NCBI RefSeq assembly: GCF_018350175.1
Contig: NC_058368.1
Span: forward strand, 118,298,001-118,362,000
Direction of reading: 5' to 3'
Source of the DNA: Felis catus
Taxonomy: Eukaryota
DNA: 64,000 nucleotides
Numbering within the stretch: the stretch's first letter is position 1; each line of letters starts with the position of its first letter. The notes below the pieces were generated by a model. It made no database searches. It was given only the letters and a program-made list of their open reading frames with translations, and had not been told where the DNA came from. The translations under genes and the position numbers were made by a program. Below are positions 36,963 through 49,885 of the stretch, piece after piece.

Positions 36963-37511
36963 GGGGCGCCTGTCTGGCTCAGTCAGCAGAACATGTGACT
37001 CGATCTTGGGGTTGTGAGTTCAAGCCCCCCGTTGGGTGGAGGGATTATTTAAAAACAAAATCTTGGGGCGCCTGGGTGGCGCAGTCGGTTAAGCGTCCGA
37101 CTTCAGCCAGGTCACGATCTCGCGGTCCGTGAGTTCGAGCCCCGTGTCAGGCTCTGGGCTGATGGCTGAGAGCCTGGAGCCTGTTTCCGATTCTGTGTCT
37201 CCCTCTCTCTCTGCCCCTCCCCCATTTATGCTCTGTCTCTCTCTGTCCCAAAAATAAATAAACATTGAAAAAAAAAATTAAAAAAAAAAAATCTTTGGGG
37301 CACCTGGGTGGCTCAGTCAGTTAAGCGTCCAACTTCAGCTTAGGTCACGATCTCATGGTCTGTGGGTTCGAGCCCCGCATACAGCCCTGTGCTGACAGCT
37401 TGGAGCCTGGAGCCTGCTTTGGATTCTGTGTCTCCTTCTCTCTCTGCCCCTCCCCTGCTGGCTCTCTCTCTCTCTCTCTCTCAAAAATAAATAAAAACAT
37501 TAAAAAAATTT
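36963..37511 (+). mobile_element. Head-to-tail stack of three CanSINEs (36963-37050, 37065-37290, 37297-37511)
   Basis: Three consecutive SINE heads separated by the repeated target aaaaacaaaatctt. Confidence 0.92.
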
Positions 37512-37673
37512 AAAAACAAAATCTTTAAAAAACATTTTAAAAATTATGATAAAGTGTATGTAACATAAAATTTGACTTTTTAGCCATTTTCAAGTGTGCG
37601 GTTCAGTGGGATTAAGTACATTCATGTTATTGTGCAACTATCACTACCCTCCATCTCCAGAACTCTTTCCATC

Positions 37674-38748
37674 TTTTTTTTTAGTTTAAATGTATTTATT
37701 TTCAGACAACCTACATGATATTTTTTTTCTTTAAAAAAATTTTTTTAATGTGTATTTACTTTTGAGAGAAAGGGGGAGAGAGACGGAGGTGTGAGCAGAG
37801 GAGGGGCAGAGAGAGGCAGTCACAGAATCCGAAGCAGCCTCCAGGCTCCAAGCTGTCGGCACAGAGCCCTACTTGGGGCTCGAACCCACAAACCGCAAGA
37901 GCATGACCTGAGCTAAAGTCAGACGCATAACCGACTGAGCCATCCAGGCGCCCCATGATTTTTTTTTCTTAAAAACAATTCCTCTACTCCAAATAAATCA
38001 AGGTGAAAATGAATGAAGAGCTCAAGATGACATCTCCCACTTTTCGAAGTCCTGGTAGCATGGATCAAAAGCAGCAGCAGTGATGACACCAGGCGACAGA
38101 TCTAAAGTAATAGCCAAACTTGTTAACATTTTTCCATTTCTAAACCGTCCTAAGAGAAAGTCATACAAGGAGCCACACCATCCTCACCGCCGTAGTCCAG
38201 CCGGGCAACGCTGCCATCTGGCCTCGTGTTTCCACCAATAAACAGCCGGTGGTTTTTGCAGTTAGCCAAGATACGCTTGATTTGGATTCATCAAAGGTTT
38301 ATTTACTCTTCCTGGTCTCTGGTCTTCAAGTTTGCCTTTGGTTGGGTCCATGTGGTCTTTGATGAACTTCCTGTAGGCTTCTTTTGTGAAGCTGGTTTAC
38401 TGCAAGTGATAGTTCATTGATAGTATCAACACCGGCGATTGTTTTTGGTACCTTCGTTCTCTGGGTCTTTAGCAGAGGCAACGCCATAAATGAGTGAGTC
38501 ACCAGCGGTACTTCTGTCCTCCTGACCATCTTCTCCTCCACCTCCAGGGGCTGCCCACCCTTGATCTCCCAGGTCTTGACGTCTGAGGACTTACCATCAT
38601 GGTTGATGAGGTCGCAATACATGATCACAGTGGCAGGTGGAGACAGCAAAGTGGAGCTTTGGGTGAGCACGAGCGGGGAGCCTGGAGGGAGTGGTGCAGC
38701 CTGAGCAGTGCTCCACTGGGGAGGAAAGCAGGGAGCAGGCAGAAACGC
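37674..38748 (-). pseudogene. TPT1: TPT1 (TCTP) processed pseudogene, full length with 5' UTR, 3' UTR and poly(A)
   Basis: Intronless decayed CDS 38628->38123: (V)[90 protein letters not shown]. The ATG is mutated to GTG, with frameshifts and internal stops. AATAAA at 37700-37695, A-tail 37682-37674, pyrimidine-rich 5' leader, degenerate TSD (ctctttccatctt / ctctttttgtctt). Confidence 0.95.
37731..37953 (-). mobile_element. CanSINE inserted in the TPT1 retrocopy 3' UTR
   Basis: Antisense SINE; TSD catgatattttttttct / catgatttttttttct. Confidence 0.9.
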
Positions 38749-38994
38749 AGAGGCTCTTTTTGTCTTGCAAAACAGAAACTCCATGCCCTTAGACAACAAC
38801 TTCCCATCGCTCCTCCCCTTGGCCCCTGGCAAACATCAGTCTGCTTTCTGTCTCTAAGATCTTGACTATTGTATGCACCTCATATGAGTGGAAACATACC
38901 ATATTTGGGCTTTTGTGACTGCCTTCTTTCACTTAGCATAATGTCCTCAAGTTTCATCCATGTTGTAACATGTATCAACATTTTCTTCCCTTTT

Positions 38995-39216
38995 TTATTT
39001 AAAAATATTTTTTAAGGATTTATTTATTTTAGAGAGAGAGAGAGGCAGAGGGTGAGTGGGGGAGGGGCAGAGGGAGAGGGAGACACAGAATCCCAACCAG
39101 GGTCCAGACTCTGAGCTGTCAGCACAGAGCCCTGTGTGGAGCTCAAACCCATGAACCGTGAGATCATGACCTGAGCCTAAGCCTGTCGTCTAACTGACTG
39201 AGCCACCCAGGCATCC
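38995..39216 (-). mobile_element. CanSINE within L1
   Basis: Antisense SINE; TSD caacattttcttcc / caacatttccttcc. Confidence 0.9.
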
Positions 39217-41224
39217 CAACATTTCCTTCCTTTTTAAGGCTACTATTCCATTGTATGTATAAACCAAGTTTTGTGCATCCATTGATCCATTGATAGACAT
39301 CTGGATTGCTTTCACTTTCTGGCTATTGTGAATAATGCTACAATGAACATAGATGCTCGTTTCAAGATTGTTTTGACCTGTTTGTATTTTCACAGGACTC
39401 TTCAGGAAGATAATTCAAATGGCGGGATATTTTAAGAACCCAAGAAAGCCGGTGAGAGTTGTTTTAGATGCAGACTTAGTGTCCCTTGCATCAAACCATG
39501 TCACCTGCATATGGGACTGCCCCCGGATACCTGTATTTTGCATGTCCTCACTGAAAAGGATTCAAAGTAATGCCGAGTGGGAAGAAAATGTATAAACAAT
39601 TAACTTCCCAAGCCACTTGGCCATGGGAATTTTGACAGTGGGTATTTTTATCAGGCAGTGACATTGGGAGGTGACAGAATGATGCAGGCACAAAAAGGCT
39701 TTGGCATTAAACCTGGCAGACATGTCTCCCCCACATGGGTTCCAAACACCTTCTTATCCTGACTCTCCAGGGTCCCTGTTGATTCCCACTTACCCCTCCC
39801 TGAGCTCTCCAGTGGCTTCTTCACTTAACCCCTTCTGCGCTGCCACATGCTCAAGTCTTTTACAAAACAAAAGCGCAAGACAAAAGCACAACCCCTCCTT
39901 TGAGCCCTGTCTTTCACCTTCCACCCTCTCTCTCTCTCTCTCTCTGTCTCTGCCCTCCCCACCCCCCCAAGCCTGTCTTCACCATCCCCTTTCATATCCC
40001 ACTTCACTTCACTCCTTAACCCACTCTGCTCTGGCTTCTGCCTCTGTGCTCTTCTTCCTCTGGGTTCTGATGGGTCTTGCTGGGTCTCCTGGTCTGAGCT
40101 TGTGATGGACCTAAGTCTCAGCCTCCTGTTCAAGGCAGCAAGGGCCCAGCATCCTGAGAAGCCTTGGCATATAGCTTCAGAGGCAGTCCCTAAAATACCA
40201 AAAATACTTATTTTTCCCCATGAAGGTGTATGGTAACCCAGGTAAAGGGTATGATCTATGGAACTATATCCTTACAAACTCAGGAACAAGAACAATCTTT
40301 GCGAAACATCTTTCAGACAGTGGAGCCTAGAGGCGAGGAGAGCCGCTCTATCATCAAACATACCTGGAGAGACCCCCAACTCTGCCAGTTGCTACCTGGG
40401 AGACTATGGGCAAATTACTTCAACTCTCTGTGCCTCCTCACCTCAGCTTGAAAATGGCCATCGCAATAGCACATATGTCATGGGACTATTGGAAAAAATG
40501 AGTAAGACAATGAGTGTCTTGTGCTGAGCGTAGTGCGTGGCTCATAGGAACCATTTCGTAAGCAATCACTCTCATCACTACTTTTTATGGGTGTAAGTTG
40601 ACCTCAGTATCTAAGTCCATCTTGATTTTCATCTTGTAAAAGGTGAATGAACACATGTGATAAGGCTAAGAGGTGTATTGCAAAACTCTCTAGAGAATCA
40701 CTCGTTTCCTGAGTGATCAGAAACTTTTAAAAGGGACAGCGTGAGAAACGACAGGGAGAAACCTTGCATGGGGGTGCAAGAAAGGCGGCATTCTCACATG
40801 AGGATGAACATTCCTAGATGTCAGGAGATAAACCAGAAGGCACAAGAGCATGATGAACATGTGCCTGTGTGGTTAGCATCAGATAAGATGAAACATCTCT
40901 GTTATGCAAGTACAAACACAGACTGTGTGGGGAAACAGCCACTGGAAAAGCTATCAGAACTAAAATTAGACAGTAGTCAACAGTCTGGCCACCAGAGGAG
41001 GCATCTACTGTGATAAAACTGTAGACCTCGTTTTAAAATAAGTAGAGATATTTCAGGAACAGATTGTAGAGTACATGAATAGGTACGTGAGTCTGACAAA
41101 ATGGCTGAAGCGCAGGCAGAAACTGAAGGACATTGAAGTGAAATTGGCACATGTTATTCTACAAATAAAGGCTCGAAGACAGCTGAGCAGAGAGTCTGGG
41201 CTTGTGCCTTCCAGAGGGGCAGCC

Positions 41225-41545
41225 AGTAGCACGGGTGGCTCTCGGGTACTTGAAACATAGCTAGTGGAAATTGAGGAAGTGCTTTATTGAAGTGTGAAAT
41301 ACACACAGATTTCAGAGAGCAAGTACCAGACATAGAAAGAACGTAAACTCTATTAACAATTTTAAAAATATTGATCACATGTTAAAATGATCACAGTTGG
41401 GATATAAATGCTGAGTTAAATAAGATATACTAAAATTAATTTTACCATTTCTTTTTCTTTGTAAACGTGGCTTCTTTAAAATGTAAAAATATGCACACGG
41501 CTCCTCCTTGTGACTTGCTTTATAGTTTTCTTGGGCTGTGGTGGT
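41225..41545. mobile_element. MER33/MER3-like hAT-Charlie fragment
   Basis: GGTACTTGAAACATAGCTAGT...AAGTGTGAAATACACACAGATTTC...ATTGATCACATGTTAAAATGAT...TAAAATTAATTTTACC. Confidence 0.65.
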
Positions 41546-41814
41546 CTGGATACCCCTTTATTCCCTTTGTGCCACCCACAGCCACACTGGTAGTAACCAT
41601 AACCTTGGGCAAGAACTGAAGGGGATAATTTATTTTAAAAATTTTTTAAAGATTTTATTTAAAAACTGGTGTAGTTTATGGTGTGATATTAGTTTCAGGT
41701 GTACAATGTAGTGATTCAGCACTGCTATGACAGGTGCACTCCTTAATTCCCATCACCTATTTGCCCCATCCCCCACCCACCTCCACCTCCCCTCTGGTAA
41801 CTGTCAGTTTGTTC

Positions 41815-42040
41815 TTTTTTTTTTTTTAATTTTTTTTTCAACGTTTATTTATTTTTGGGACAGACAGAGACAAAGCATGAACGGGGGAGGGGCAGAGAGA
41901 GAGGGAGATACAGAATCGCAAACAGGCTCCAGGCCCTGAGCCATCAGCCCAGAGCCCGACGCGGGGCTCGAACTCCCGGACTGCTAGATCGTGACCTGGC
42001 TGAAGTTGGACGCTTAACCAACTGTGCCACCCAGGCGCCC
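41815..42040 (-). mobile_element. Young felid CanSINE within an L1 fragment
   Basis: Near-identical to the 3453 copy (reverse complement); perfect TSD ctgtcagtttgttctt. Confidence 0.93.
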
Positions 42041-42312
42041 CTGTCAGTTTGTTCTTGATGGTTAAGAGTCTGTTTCTTGGTTTGCCCCTCTCTCTTTTTC
42101 CTCTAAAGGGGCGAGTTTAAGAAGCATTAGCAGGGTGACTTGCACATAGTAGGTATTCAACATATGTAAGCTATGGGGGTTTTTTTGTTGTGATTTAATT
42201 CCAAAGAGCTGACAGTTTAGTTTATGTCAGTATCATTATGAATTTGAGGCAACATTTGAGGATGCCTTTACACTCGACCAAATGGGAAAGGAAAATCTGC
42301 CCACCTTTTAGG

Positions 42313-42570
42313 GCAGCAATACTCGGCTGGGGCCAGTTTTACTTCCCAGAGCCATCTGGTGATGTCTGAGACACGTTTGCTTGTCGAAACCTGGGGGGGG
42401 GGGGGGCGGACAAGGCTGCTACAGGTATCTAGAGGAGAGAGGCCAAGGATGAGACTAAACATCCTACAATGTACAGCCCAGCCTCCGCTCCACTCCCCAA
42501 CAGGACAATGAAGGATCAGGTCAAAATATCATTAGTACCCCAGGTGAGCAGCCCTGAGTTAGAGACTCTT
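42313..42570. mobile_element. MER20-like hAT DNA transposon (diverged)
   Basis: CATCTGGTGATGTCTGAGACACG...GGTATCTAGAGGAGAGAGGCCAAGGATG...AAACATCCTACAATGTACAG. Confidence 0.7.
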
Positions 42571-43611
42571 GGTTATTTACAGACTTTGATGAATAATCAA
42601 GCGTCAAGAAATGTGTGGCACAGGGAGAACTACAGATGCCATCCAGGTGCTTTGGGTAGCCCCCCGCCCCCAGCAGCAGCATCACCAAGCAGGAAGTTAT
42701 GAGAAACACATGTTCTTAGGCCCCGCCCCTTCCCCACTGAATCAGAATCTTTAGGGTGGAGCCCAGAAATCTATGGTTTAACAAGCAAGCCCTGCAGGTG
42801 ATTGTAATACACTCTCAAGGCTGTAAAGCCTGCTTAGCTGGCCGTGTCCCCAGGTTACCTCCTCCCGCACGCTCCATGCCTGAGCAGCAGGTGGCAGCCG
42901 ACCAGAATAACGGGACCAGATAACTGTAAGCCCTGCATAAAGCTGAGATGAGACACTGCATACTTGCGCCGGATTAACTGGGGACAGCTGGCACCAGTGC
43001 ACTACCTCACACTCAATAATGCCACCTTTCTAATTTCGGGAAAGGTAGGGGGGAAAGCATGGTTCCAACTCACTCAGAGTCCCTTCTTAGCCACATAGCA
43101 CTTACAGGGCTTTGAAATTGTTCAGTTGTAACTTAAGTTACTGAGGCATATTCACCAGCAAAGAATGCGGGGAATGATCTGGTTTGGACTTCTAAAGCAC
43201 TTCGCACCCTACAAAATCCCAAGCCATGAGAATAAATCATTTCTGCTGCCTGGAGCACCTTTGGGCCAAGCACTTGGCACAACGCACACCTGAGTGGCTC
43301 TTGGATCCCTCCTGGTGAATGATGAACATCTAAGATTTCTGTGGATCTTTTGTCAGGCAGATAAAACTAAATTTGTTCGGCAAACTTGAAGGATTACAGC
43401 GAGTGCATTACCGTTCACGTAAGTTTTCCATTTGGGCCACAAGGGGGCACCCGCCACCCTGCCATGGGAGTCCATGGTCCAAATAAAGACCCTGAAGGGG
43501 AAGGTTGCATGACCTATCAAAGAGTGAAGGAAGGAGGAGGGGACAGTTACTTTGTTGGTAGAGTGGCTCAGTGGTGTGACTTTTGGGTTGGGCCTCCGCC
43601 CTGAACTCTAG

Positions 43612-43823
43612 AGCCGGGTTTCTCAAGGTGTGGTCCCCAGTCTGGCAGCATCAGCATCACCTGGGAGCTGTTGCAGGAAAACAAGTTATTGGACCGTGTC
43701 CCAGACCAGCTGAATCAGAAGCTCTGGGGGCGGGGCCCAATGATTTCTGTTTTAACAAGTGTTTTCTTCTCCCCCATCCCCTCCAGGTGACTGCGGCGCT
43801 GGCTCAAGTTTGAGAACCACTGC
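43612..43823. mobile_element. MER5A-like hAT DNA transposon
   Basis: GGGTTTCTCAAGGTGTGGTCCC...CAGCATCACCTGGGAGCT...GAATCAGAAGCTCTGGGG...AGTTTGAGAACCACTG. Confidence 0.82.
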
Positions 43824-44794
43824 TCTGCAGTCCAGAACATCTTCCTGGGAATTAGCTGGGATGCAAAACCATGTTGCCATCTGATCTCATCACACTTCTG
43901 CCAAGAGGTGAAATCTAAGAGTCCACGTTCTTGATGCCTGACATCTTCTTCGGGTCACTTACCTGAGAACACCTGAGGACACTGAGGTCAGTCATTCTGC
44001 ATGAATATGTGCAGTCAGTCCCTGGCCCATGTAGGTGGGATTGCCACAGAGAACCAAAGACCAGGGGTCCCCGAACGGTGTGGTTCTGACTACATGTGGA
44101 AGCAGTCACATTGCAAAATCCCCCTCCCTGTGCTTCCTTGCTTTTCTATTCTCTCATACCCAGCTGCTGCTACAGCCCCTTCCCCCTTTCCTTCCCGCTC
44201 ACTGCCAACCCTCAGTTTGCCCTAGTTTTCTCCTTTTTTGCCCCTAATCTCCTGCACCTCTTGTCCTCTTCCCTCAACCTGGTTCTGGTTTTGTTTTAAA
44301 TCACACAAGTCTCAGGGATAGATTTAGCAAGGACAGATACCCCACACGGCAGTGGGGGGAGGCAAGGAGAGAACAGAGTGCATAAGGACAGATTTTGGTT
44401 CAGGATAAAGACTGAGAAACACCCAAGTGCACTGGACAGTCATCGCTTCTGTCCCTGTGCAGTGCAAGCCTGGGGCAGGGAGACCACGCTGTGGGCTGCA
44501 GAGCGTGGAAGAAACCCTTGAGGGCAATTGGACGTGAACTAAGCCCTGACAGGTGAGGGGGTTCCGGGGGAGCGGAAGGGAGGGAGGGGCCCTTTCAGCC
44601 CATAGCAGGAAGGAGCTCGAGTGTGAGGAGGCATATTAGCCTGTAGGGGATGATGGATATGATGCAAAGTCGTGGGAAGTGAGGCTGGATGGTTCCCCAG
44701 ATGGAGGAGGTGACAGATAAAGTTGGAGTCAGTTCTTAAGCAGAGAACTGTGTGTAAGAATGAATTATATTGGTATTAAGAAAGCATCATCGTT

Positions 44795-45045
44795 TGCAGG
44801 AGTCGCAGTTACAACGCCTGCGGAGTGAGGCAGGTCAGATCAGAAGCAGTAGGGCCTGGAGGAGCTGTGGTCAGCTCGAGCACATGCCCTCAGTCTAAAA
44901 TGGGCACTTACTACACGAATCCAGACAGTTAATGCCACGGGAAAATGGCAGTCCAGAGGTGCCAAATCTTACAATGTCCCAAGAGAAGTCAGAGCTCTGG
45001 ACTTCTTTTCCTTAACGTGAAGTTTCTTCATTTTTAAAACCAGAC
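44795..45045. mobile_element. MER102-like hAT-Charlie fragment, interrupted by the L1/SINE block
   Basis: GAGCACATGCCCTCAGTCTAAAATGGGC...GTGCCAAATCTT...CAAGAGAAGTCAG...GTGAAGTTTC; a similar fragment lies at ~35000-35290. Confidence 0.55.
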
Positions 45046-45049
45046 TAGA

Positions 45050-45950
45050 TTTTATTTTAAATCGAGGCATATGGGCACACACTTTACATCAGTTTCAGGT
45101 GTACCACATAGTGATTCGATGAGTCTGTACATGACGCTATGCTCGCCACAAGTGTAGCCGCCATCTGTCGCCATAGGAGGACGACTGTATTCCCGGTGCT
45201 GTACCTTTCATCCTCACGACTTAATCATTCCATAACTGGACCGTGTACCTCCCACTCCCCACCCCCTATTTTGCTCACCACCCTCAGCCTCTTAACCTCC
45301 GGCAACCATCAGTTTGTTCTCTGTATGTATGGGTCTGTTTCTGCTTCTTTTTGGTGTTGTTCTTTTGTGTTGTTTTTTAGATTTCATATATATGTAAAAT
45401 CGTAAGGTATTTGTCTTTCTCCGACTTATTTCACTTAGCATAATAATGCCTTCCAGGTCCATCCATGTTGTTGCAAATGGCAAGATCTCATTCTTTTTAT
45501 GCCTGAGTAATATTCCACTATTCACATATATCACATCTTCTTTATCCAATGCATCCATTGATGAACACTTGGGCTTCTTCCATATCTTGACTATTGTGAA
45601 TAATGCTCCAGTAAAAAAAAGTGCATGTGTCTTTTCAAGTTAGAAAAGTTTCCTTTTCTTTGGGTGAGTACCCAGTAGTGGATAGTATAGTATTTCTATT
45701 TTTTATTTTTCCAAGAATTTCAATACTGTTTTCCACAGTGGATGTACCAATTTACATTCCCACCAGGAGTGCTCAAGGCTTCATTTTTCTCGACATCGTC
45801 ACCAATGCTTATTTCTTATCTTTTTGACATAGTCGTTTTGACTGGTAAGAGGTGATCACTCATTGTAGTTTTCGTTTACATTTTTCTGATGATGAGTGAT
45901 GTTGAGCACCTTTTCATGTACCCGTTGGCCATCCGTATGTCTTCTTTGAC
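45050..45950 (-). mobile_element. L1 3' end and ORF2 C-terminal fragment
   Basis: ORF 45292..45558 contains KKNEILPFATTWMDLEGIIMLSEIS, a characteristic L1 3'-region translation. Confidence 0.9.
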
Positions 45951-45954
45951 AAAA

Positions 45955-47517
45955 ATTGTTTTTTAGTTGATATTTATTTATTTATTTATTGAGAGAGTCT
46001 GTGCATGCACGTGAGTCGGGGAGAGGCAGGGAGAGAGGGAGACAGAGAATCCCAAGCAGGCCCCATGCCTCCAAGATCAAGTTTGGAGCCCGACTGGATC
46101 ACTCAAACTATGACATCATGACCTGAGCCAAAATCAAGAGTCAAACGCTGAAATGACTGTACCACCCACGTGACCTGGCAACATTTTTTATTCCTATCCT
46201 CTGCCCAGCTATTTTGTTGTTTGTTTAAGTAGACTCCATGCCCATGTGGAACTCAGTGTGGGGCCTGAACTCACAACCCTGAGATCGAAACCCAAGCTGA
46301 GATTAAGGGTTAGATGCTTAACTGACTGAGCCATCCAGATGCTCCTCTGCCCATTTTTAATCAGATTATTTGTTTCTTCATTTTGTGGGGCACCTGGGTG
46401 GCTCAGTCACTTTAGTGTCCAACTTCAGCTTAGGTTATGATCTCATAGCTCCTGAGTTCAAGCCCCCGTCAGTTTCTGTGCTGTTTTAGATTCTATGTCT
46501 CCTTCTCTCTTTCTCTCTCTCTGCCCCTCCCCCACTTGCTATCTCTCTCTTTCTCACAAAAATAAATAAAAACATTTAAAAAAATTTAAATATGGCAGCT
46601 AATTAAAAATTTTAAAATCAGGGCCTTTGGTTGGTAGATTCTGACTTGGATTTTTTTTAATATTTAACTTAAAGATTTTAATCCTTTTTTTTTTTTTTTT
46701 TTAGTTTTTATTTACTCATTTAAGTAATCTCTACACCCAATATGGGGCTCAAACTTATGACCCTGAGATCAAGAGCTTCACACTCTTCCAGCTGAGTTAG
46801 TCAGGTGCCCATCTGACTGGATTTTTTTTATCTGGCCTGGGGATCTGTATCATACTCTCAACATACTAAAACTACTGTGTCTTCTTAGTTTCCTCCTTCA
46901 CTCTTTTCTATTAAATCAACTTATTATGAATAGCCAAAAAATGAGTATAACATTAACTGCACAAAAACATCATTGTCTCCATGATCCTCACACAGCCCTA
47001 TAAGGTTAGCTACTCTTATAGAAGAGAGACCCCTTAGTTCTCTCAGAGAGGTAAAATAACTTGCTCCAGATCGCACAGTAAGCGGGGAAGCCGGGACTCC
47101 GGCCCAGGTGGTCAGATTCCTGAGTCATACATTTAGCCTGTGTGTAATATCCTTCCCTGTGTAGTTCAGTTACCATATGTCAGTCACGGTTTTCCGTCTT
47201 CCACACATGAGTGATATTCGTGAGGTTGCGTTTACCTTCTTGTGTTAAATTTTCCATGTGCTTTTTCCCTTGCCCATGCCCTTGTGCGGAATGTGAATCT
47301 GCTCTGGTCGGCTTGTCAAATATTTATGAGTCCTTGCAATGTGCCATGCAGCGTGCTGGGCAACAGTCATCCATCTTCATGAAACTGTCTCATTTCATTT
47401 TCTTATTTTACTTACTTTTGAAGTAAACACTATCCTGAATGTAGGACTCAAACTCACAACCCCCCCCCAAGGTCAAGAGTCATGTGTTCTACTGACTGAG
47501 CCAGCCGGACACCCCCG
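45955..47517. mobile_element. Cluster of CanSINEs (45955-46178 minus, 46215-46345 minus, 46387-46590 plus, 46685-46810 minus, 47400-47517 minus)
   Basis: Several full or short SINE bodies. Confidence 0.8.
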
Positions 47518-49153
47518 TGCAACTATTTTAATAGGAGATGGTGACAAACAGAAGCACAAAATCTCAACATAATATGGGATATCATCTTGGAATAAAGGCG
47601 TCTCCAGGATGTGGTGAGATCACACAGTGGAGTCCTGCAGGTGGGGGAAGGGGTAGGCCAGAGATGACTTCCTGCAAGAAATGTCATGGGGGCTGAACGT
47701 TGAGAACTCTGAGGAACAGGAAGGTTCTAGAAGCCAGCTCTGGAAGAGGCAGAGGGTGTAGGGTGTGGGCTTCAAGAGGAGTCTGGGACAGCAGGGTTAG
47801 ATCTACGAGAGGGCTGATAGGCCACTGCCAGAGAAGGGGCAGACCTCACAGAGAGAATGAAGATTGGTTTGTGAGGGAATGGGCAGGATGAATGAACTGG
47901 AAGGCAGGAAGAGGGCATTGTGAGAGCTGAGCCTGGCACTTGGGAAGGACACACTACTTCTTATCGGTGTGGTGCTTCTGAGCAGGCCGCTTCACCTCTG
48001 TGAGCCTCAGTTTCCACACGCAAAATGGAATCAGTCTCTCGCTCACAGTTTGGTGAGTGTTGGGTAAGATGCCCATGCCAGGTCTAGGCTAGTGCCTGGC
48101 CAGGGCAATCACTTAGACGATGTGAGTTGTCATCGTTGGAGGCACGTGGTAAATGCTTTTTCGATGACTGAAGGAGATCAATGGCTTAAGCCACCTCAGT
48201 GATACCCACTGGAGTTGGGAGATCAGGGCAGGAGCTTGAGACTGGCCCATGATTCTACATGTCTTTTGAGGCCTGGGAAATAAGGGTCACATTCATTTGA
48301 GATGTACATACATTGTAGCTTTATGATAAACTCCGAGGGAAGCTATCTAGTCCCCCTGAGCAGCAACCTGCCTCAACATGCAAGTCTGAACACAGACCCT
48401 GCAGTTGAATCAGCCATCATTTGCTGATTTTCGCCAGAGGGCTTGTCTGCAGTCAGGTGAATCTAGCATTCCGGCGGGCTTCATCATTCCCTCCAGGTGC
48501 AGACAGCCCCACCAGCAGAACCCTATCTCTGGGGCAGCTTCAGCAATCTGTAGCTCCTGGCACCGAAGAGCCCATCTGGTGGAAATAAGCATCCGTTCAG
48601 GAGGGATGACAGCCACGCTGGCTCCCCAGTGATTGATGGATACAGCTGCAGCCCCAGTGTCCCTTGCTCCCAAATAACACAGAGCAGGACAGTCTCCCGG
48701 CCGCTTGGGTAGCTCCAGGTGGCCACTTTCACCTTGGGGATTCCCAGGAAAAGAGAGGAAAAACTCCGTAAGATGATGACAATCGTGCTTTCCATATATG
48801 TAGTTATGTTTGCTTGAGGATCTCAACTGCCGGGGCACATGTCAGTTTTTCTCCAGGGTTTTTGTGCCAGCAGCTGTGTGCCTTGATTCTCAGGTAGTGA
48901 TTAGAGCCCCTGGGGGAAGGGACCTGAAAAGTGGAAGTCTGGCTTACTTTTTTTCTGAATGAAATCATTTCTGTGACGGTGGGTCCCACACTTACCTGTG
49001 TGCTAGATTCCTCTATGGAGTAGGAACACCCACAGGCCTGCAAGTTCTGGAAGGATAGACCCAGACATCTGTATCATCAGGACTTCTCACACTGTGGTCT
49101 ATAGATCGCCTGAATCCAGTCACCTGGAGTGCTTGTTTAAAAATGCAGGTTCC

Positions 49154-49365
49154 AGGGCACCTGGGTGGTTCAGTCAGTTAAACGTTCGATTTCGGCTGGG
49201 GTCACGATCTCATGGTCCGTGACTTTGAGCCCCGCCTCAGGCTCTATACTGACACCTCAGAGCCTAAAGCCTGCTTTGGATTCTGTGTCTTCCTCTTTCT
49301 CTCTCTCTCTGCCCCGCTTGCGCTCGCTCTCTCAAAAAAAATAAATAAACATTAGAAAAAAATTT
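49154..49365 (+). mobile_element. CanSINE
   Basis: TSD aaatgcaggttcc on both sides. Confidence 0.9.
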
Positions 49366-49434
49366 TTAAATGCAGGTTCCTTGGCTCCACCCCAGACTCA
49401 TGAAATAGACAGCTCTAGAATATTGAGGCCTCAG

Positions 49435-49878
49435 GTTGTTTTGACTGAAGTGCCCTTGACATTCCACATTGTGTTACTTTCATGATTCCATATTTGTATA
49501 CATTGACCACCACAATATGTCTCGTTACCATCTATCCCCAAAGTTACCAAAAAATTTTTTTCTTGTGATGAGAAGTTTTAAGATTTACTTTCTTAGCACC
49601 TTTCAAATTTGGGGTCCAATATTACTGACTATAGTCACCATGGCGTACATGATATCCCATGACTTATTTTATAACTCGAAGTCTATACCCCTAACCTCCC
49701 CTCATCCATTTGGCCACCATCATTCACCCTCCCCTTTGGCAACCACCAATCTGTTCTCTGTATCTATGCGTTTGTTTTTGTTTTTGTTTTGTTTTGTTTG
49801 TTCACTGGTTTGGTTTTGTTTAGATTCCACATATAAGTGGAATCATACAGTATTTGTCTATCTGATTTATTTCCCTAT
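49435..49878 (-). mobile_element. L1 3'-end fragment (older)
   Basis: TTTTTTTCTTGTGATGAGAAGTTTTAAGATTTACTTTCTTAGCA...GGCAACCACCAATCTGTTCTCTGTATCTATG...TTAGATTCCACATATAAGT. Confidence 0.8.
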
Positions 49879-49885
49879 GGATGGC

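Larger units (their letters stand above)
37540..39360 (-). mobile_element. L1M 3' fragment split by the TPT1 retrocopy and a SINE
   Basis: L1 3' UTR (TTCAGTGGGATTAAGTACATTCATGTTATTGTGCAAC...CCATCTCCAGAAC) breaks at 37673 and resumes at ~38760 (TCTTGCAAAACAGAAACTCC...GCCCCTGGCAAAC). Confidence 0.85.

Noticed and set aside
38326..38832. 168-aa minus-strand ORF as a functional TPT1-like gene
   Set aside because: It starts in L1 sequence. The TPT1-homologous frame holds for only about 40 codons before a frameshift, the true ATG is mutated and downstream stops are present.
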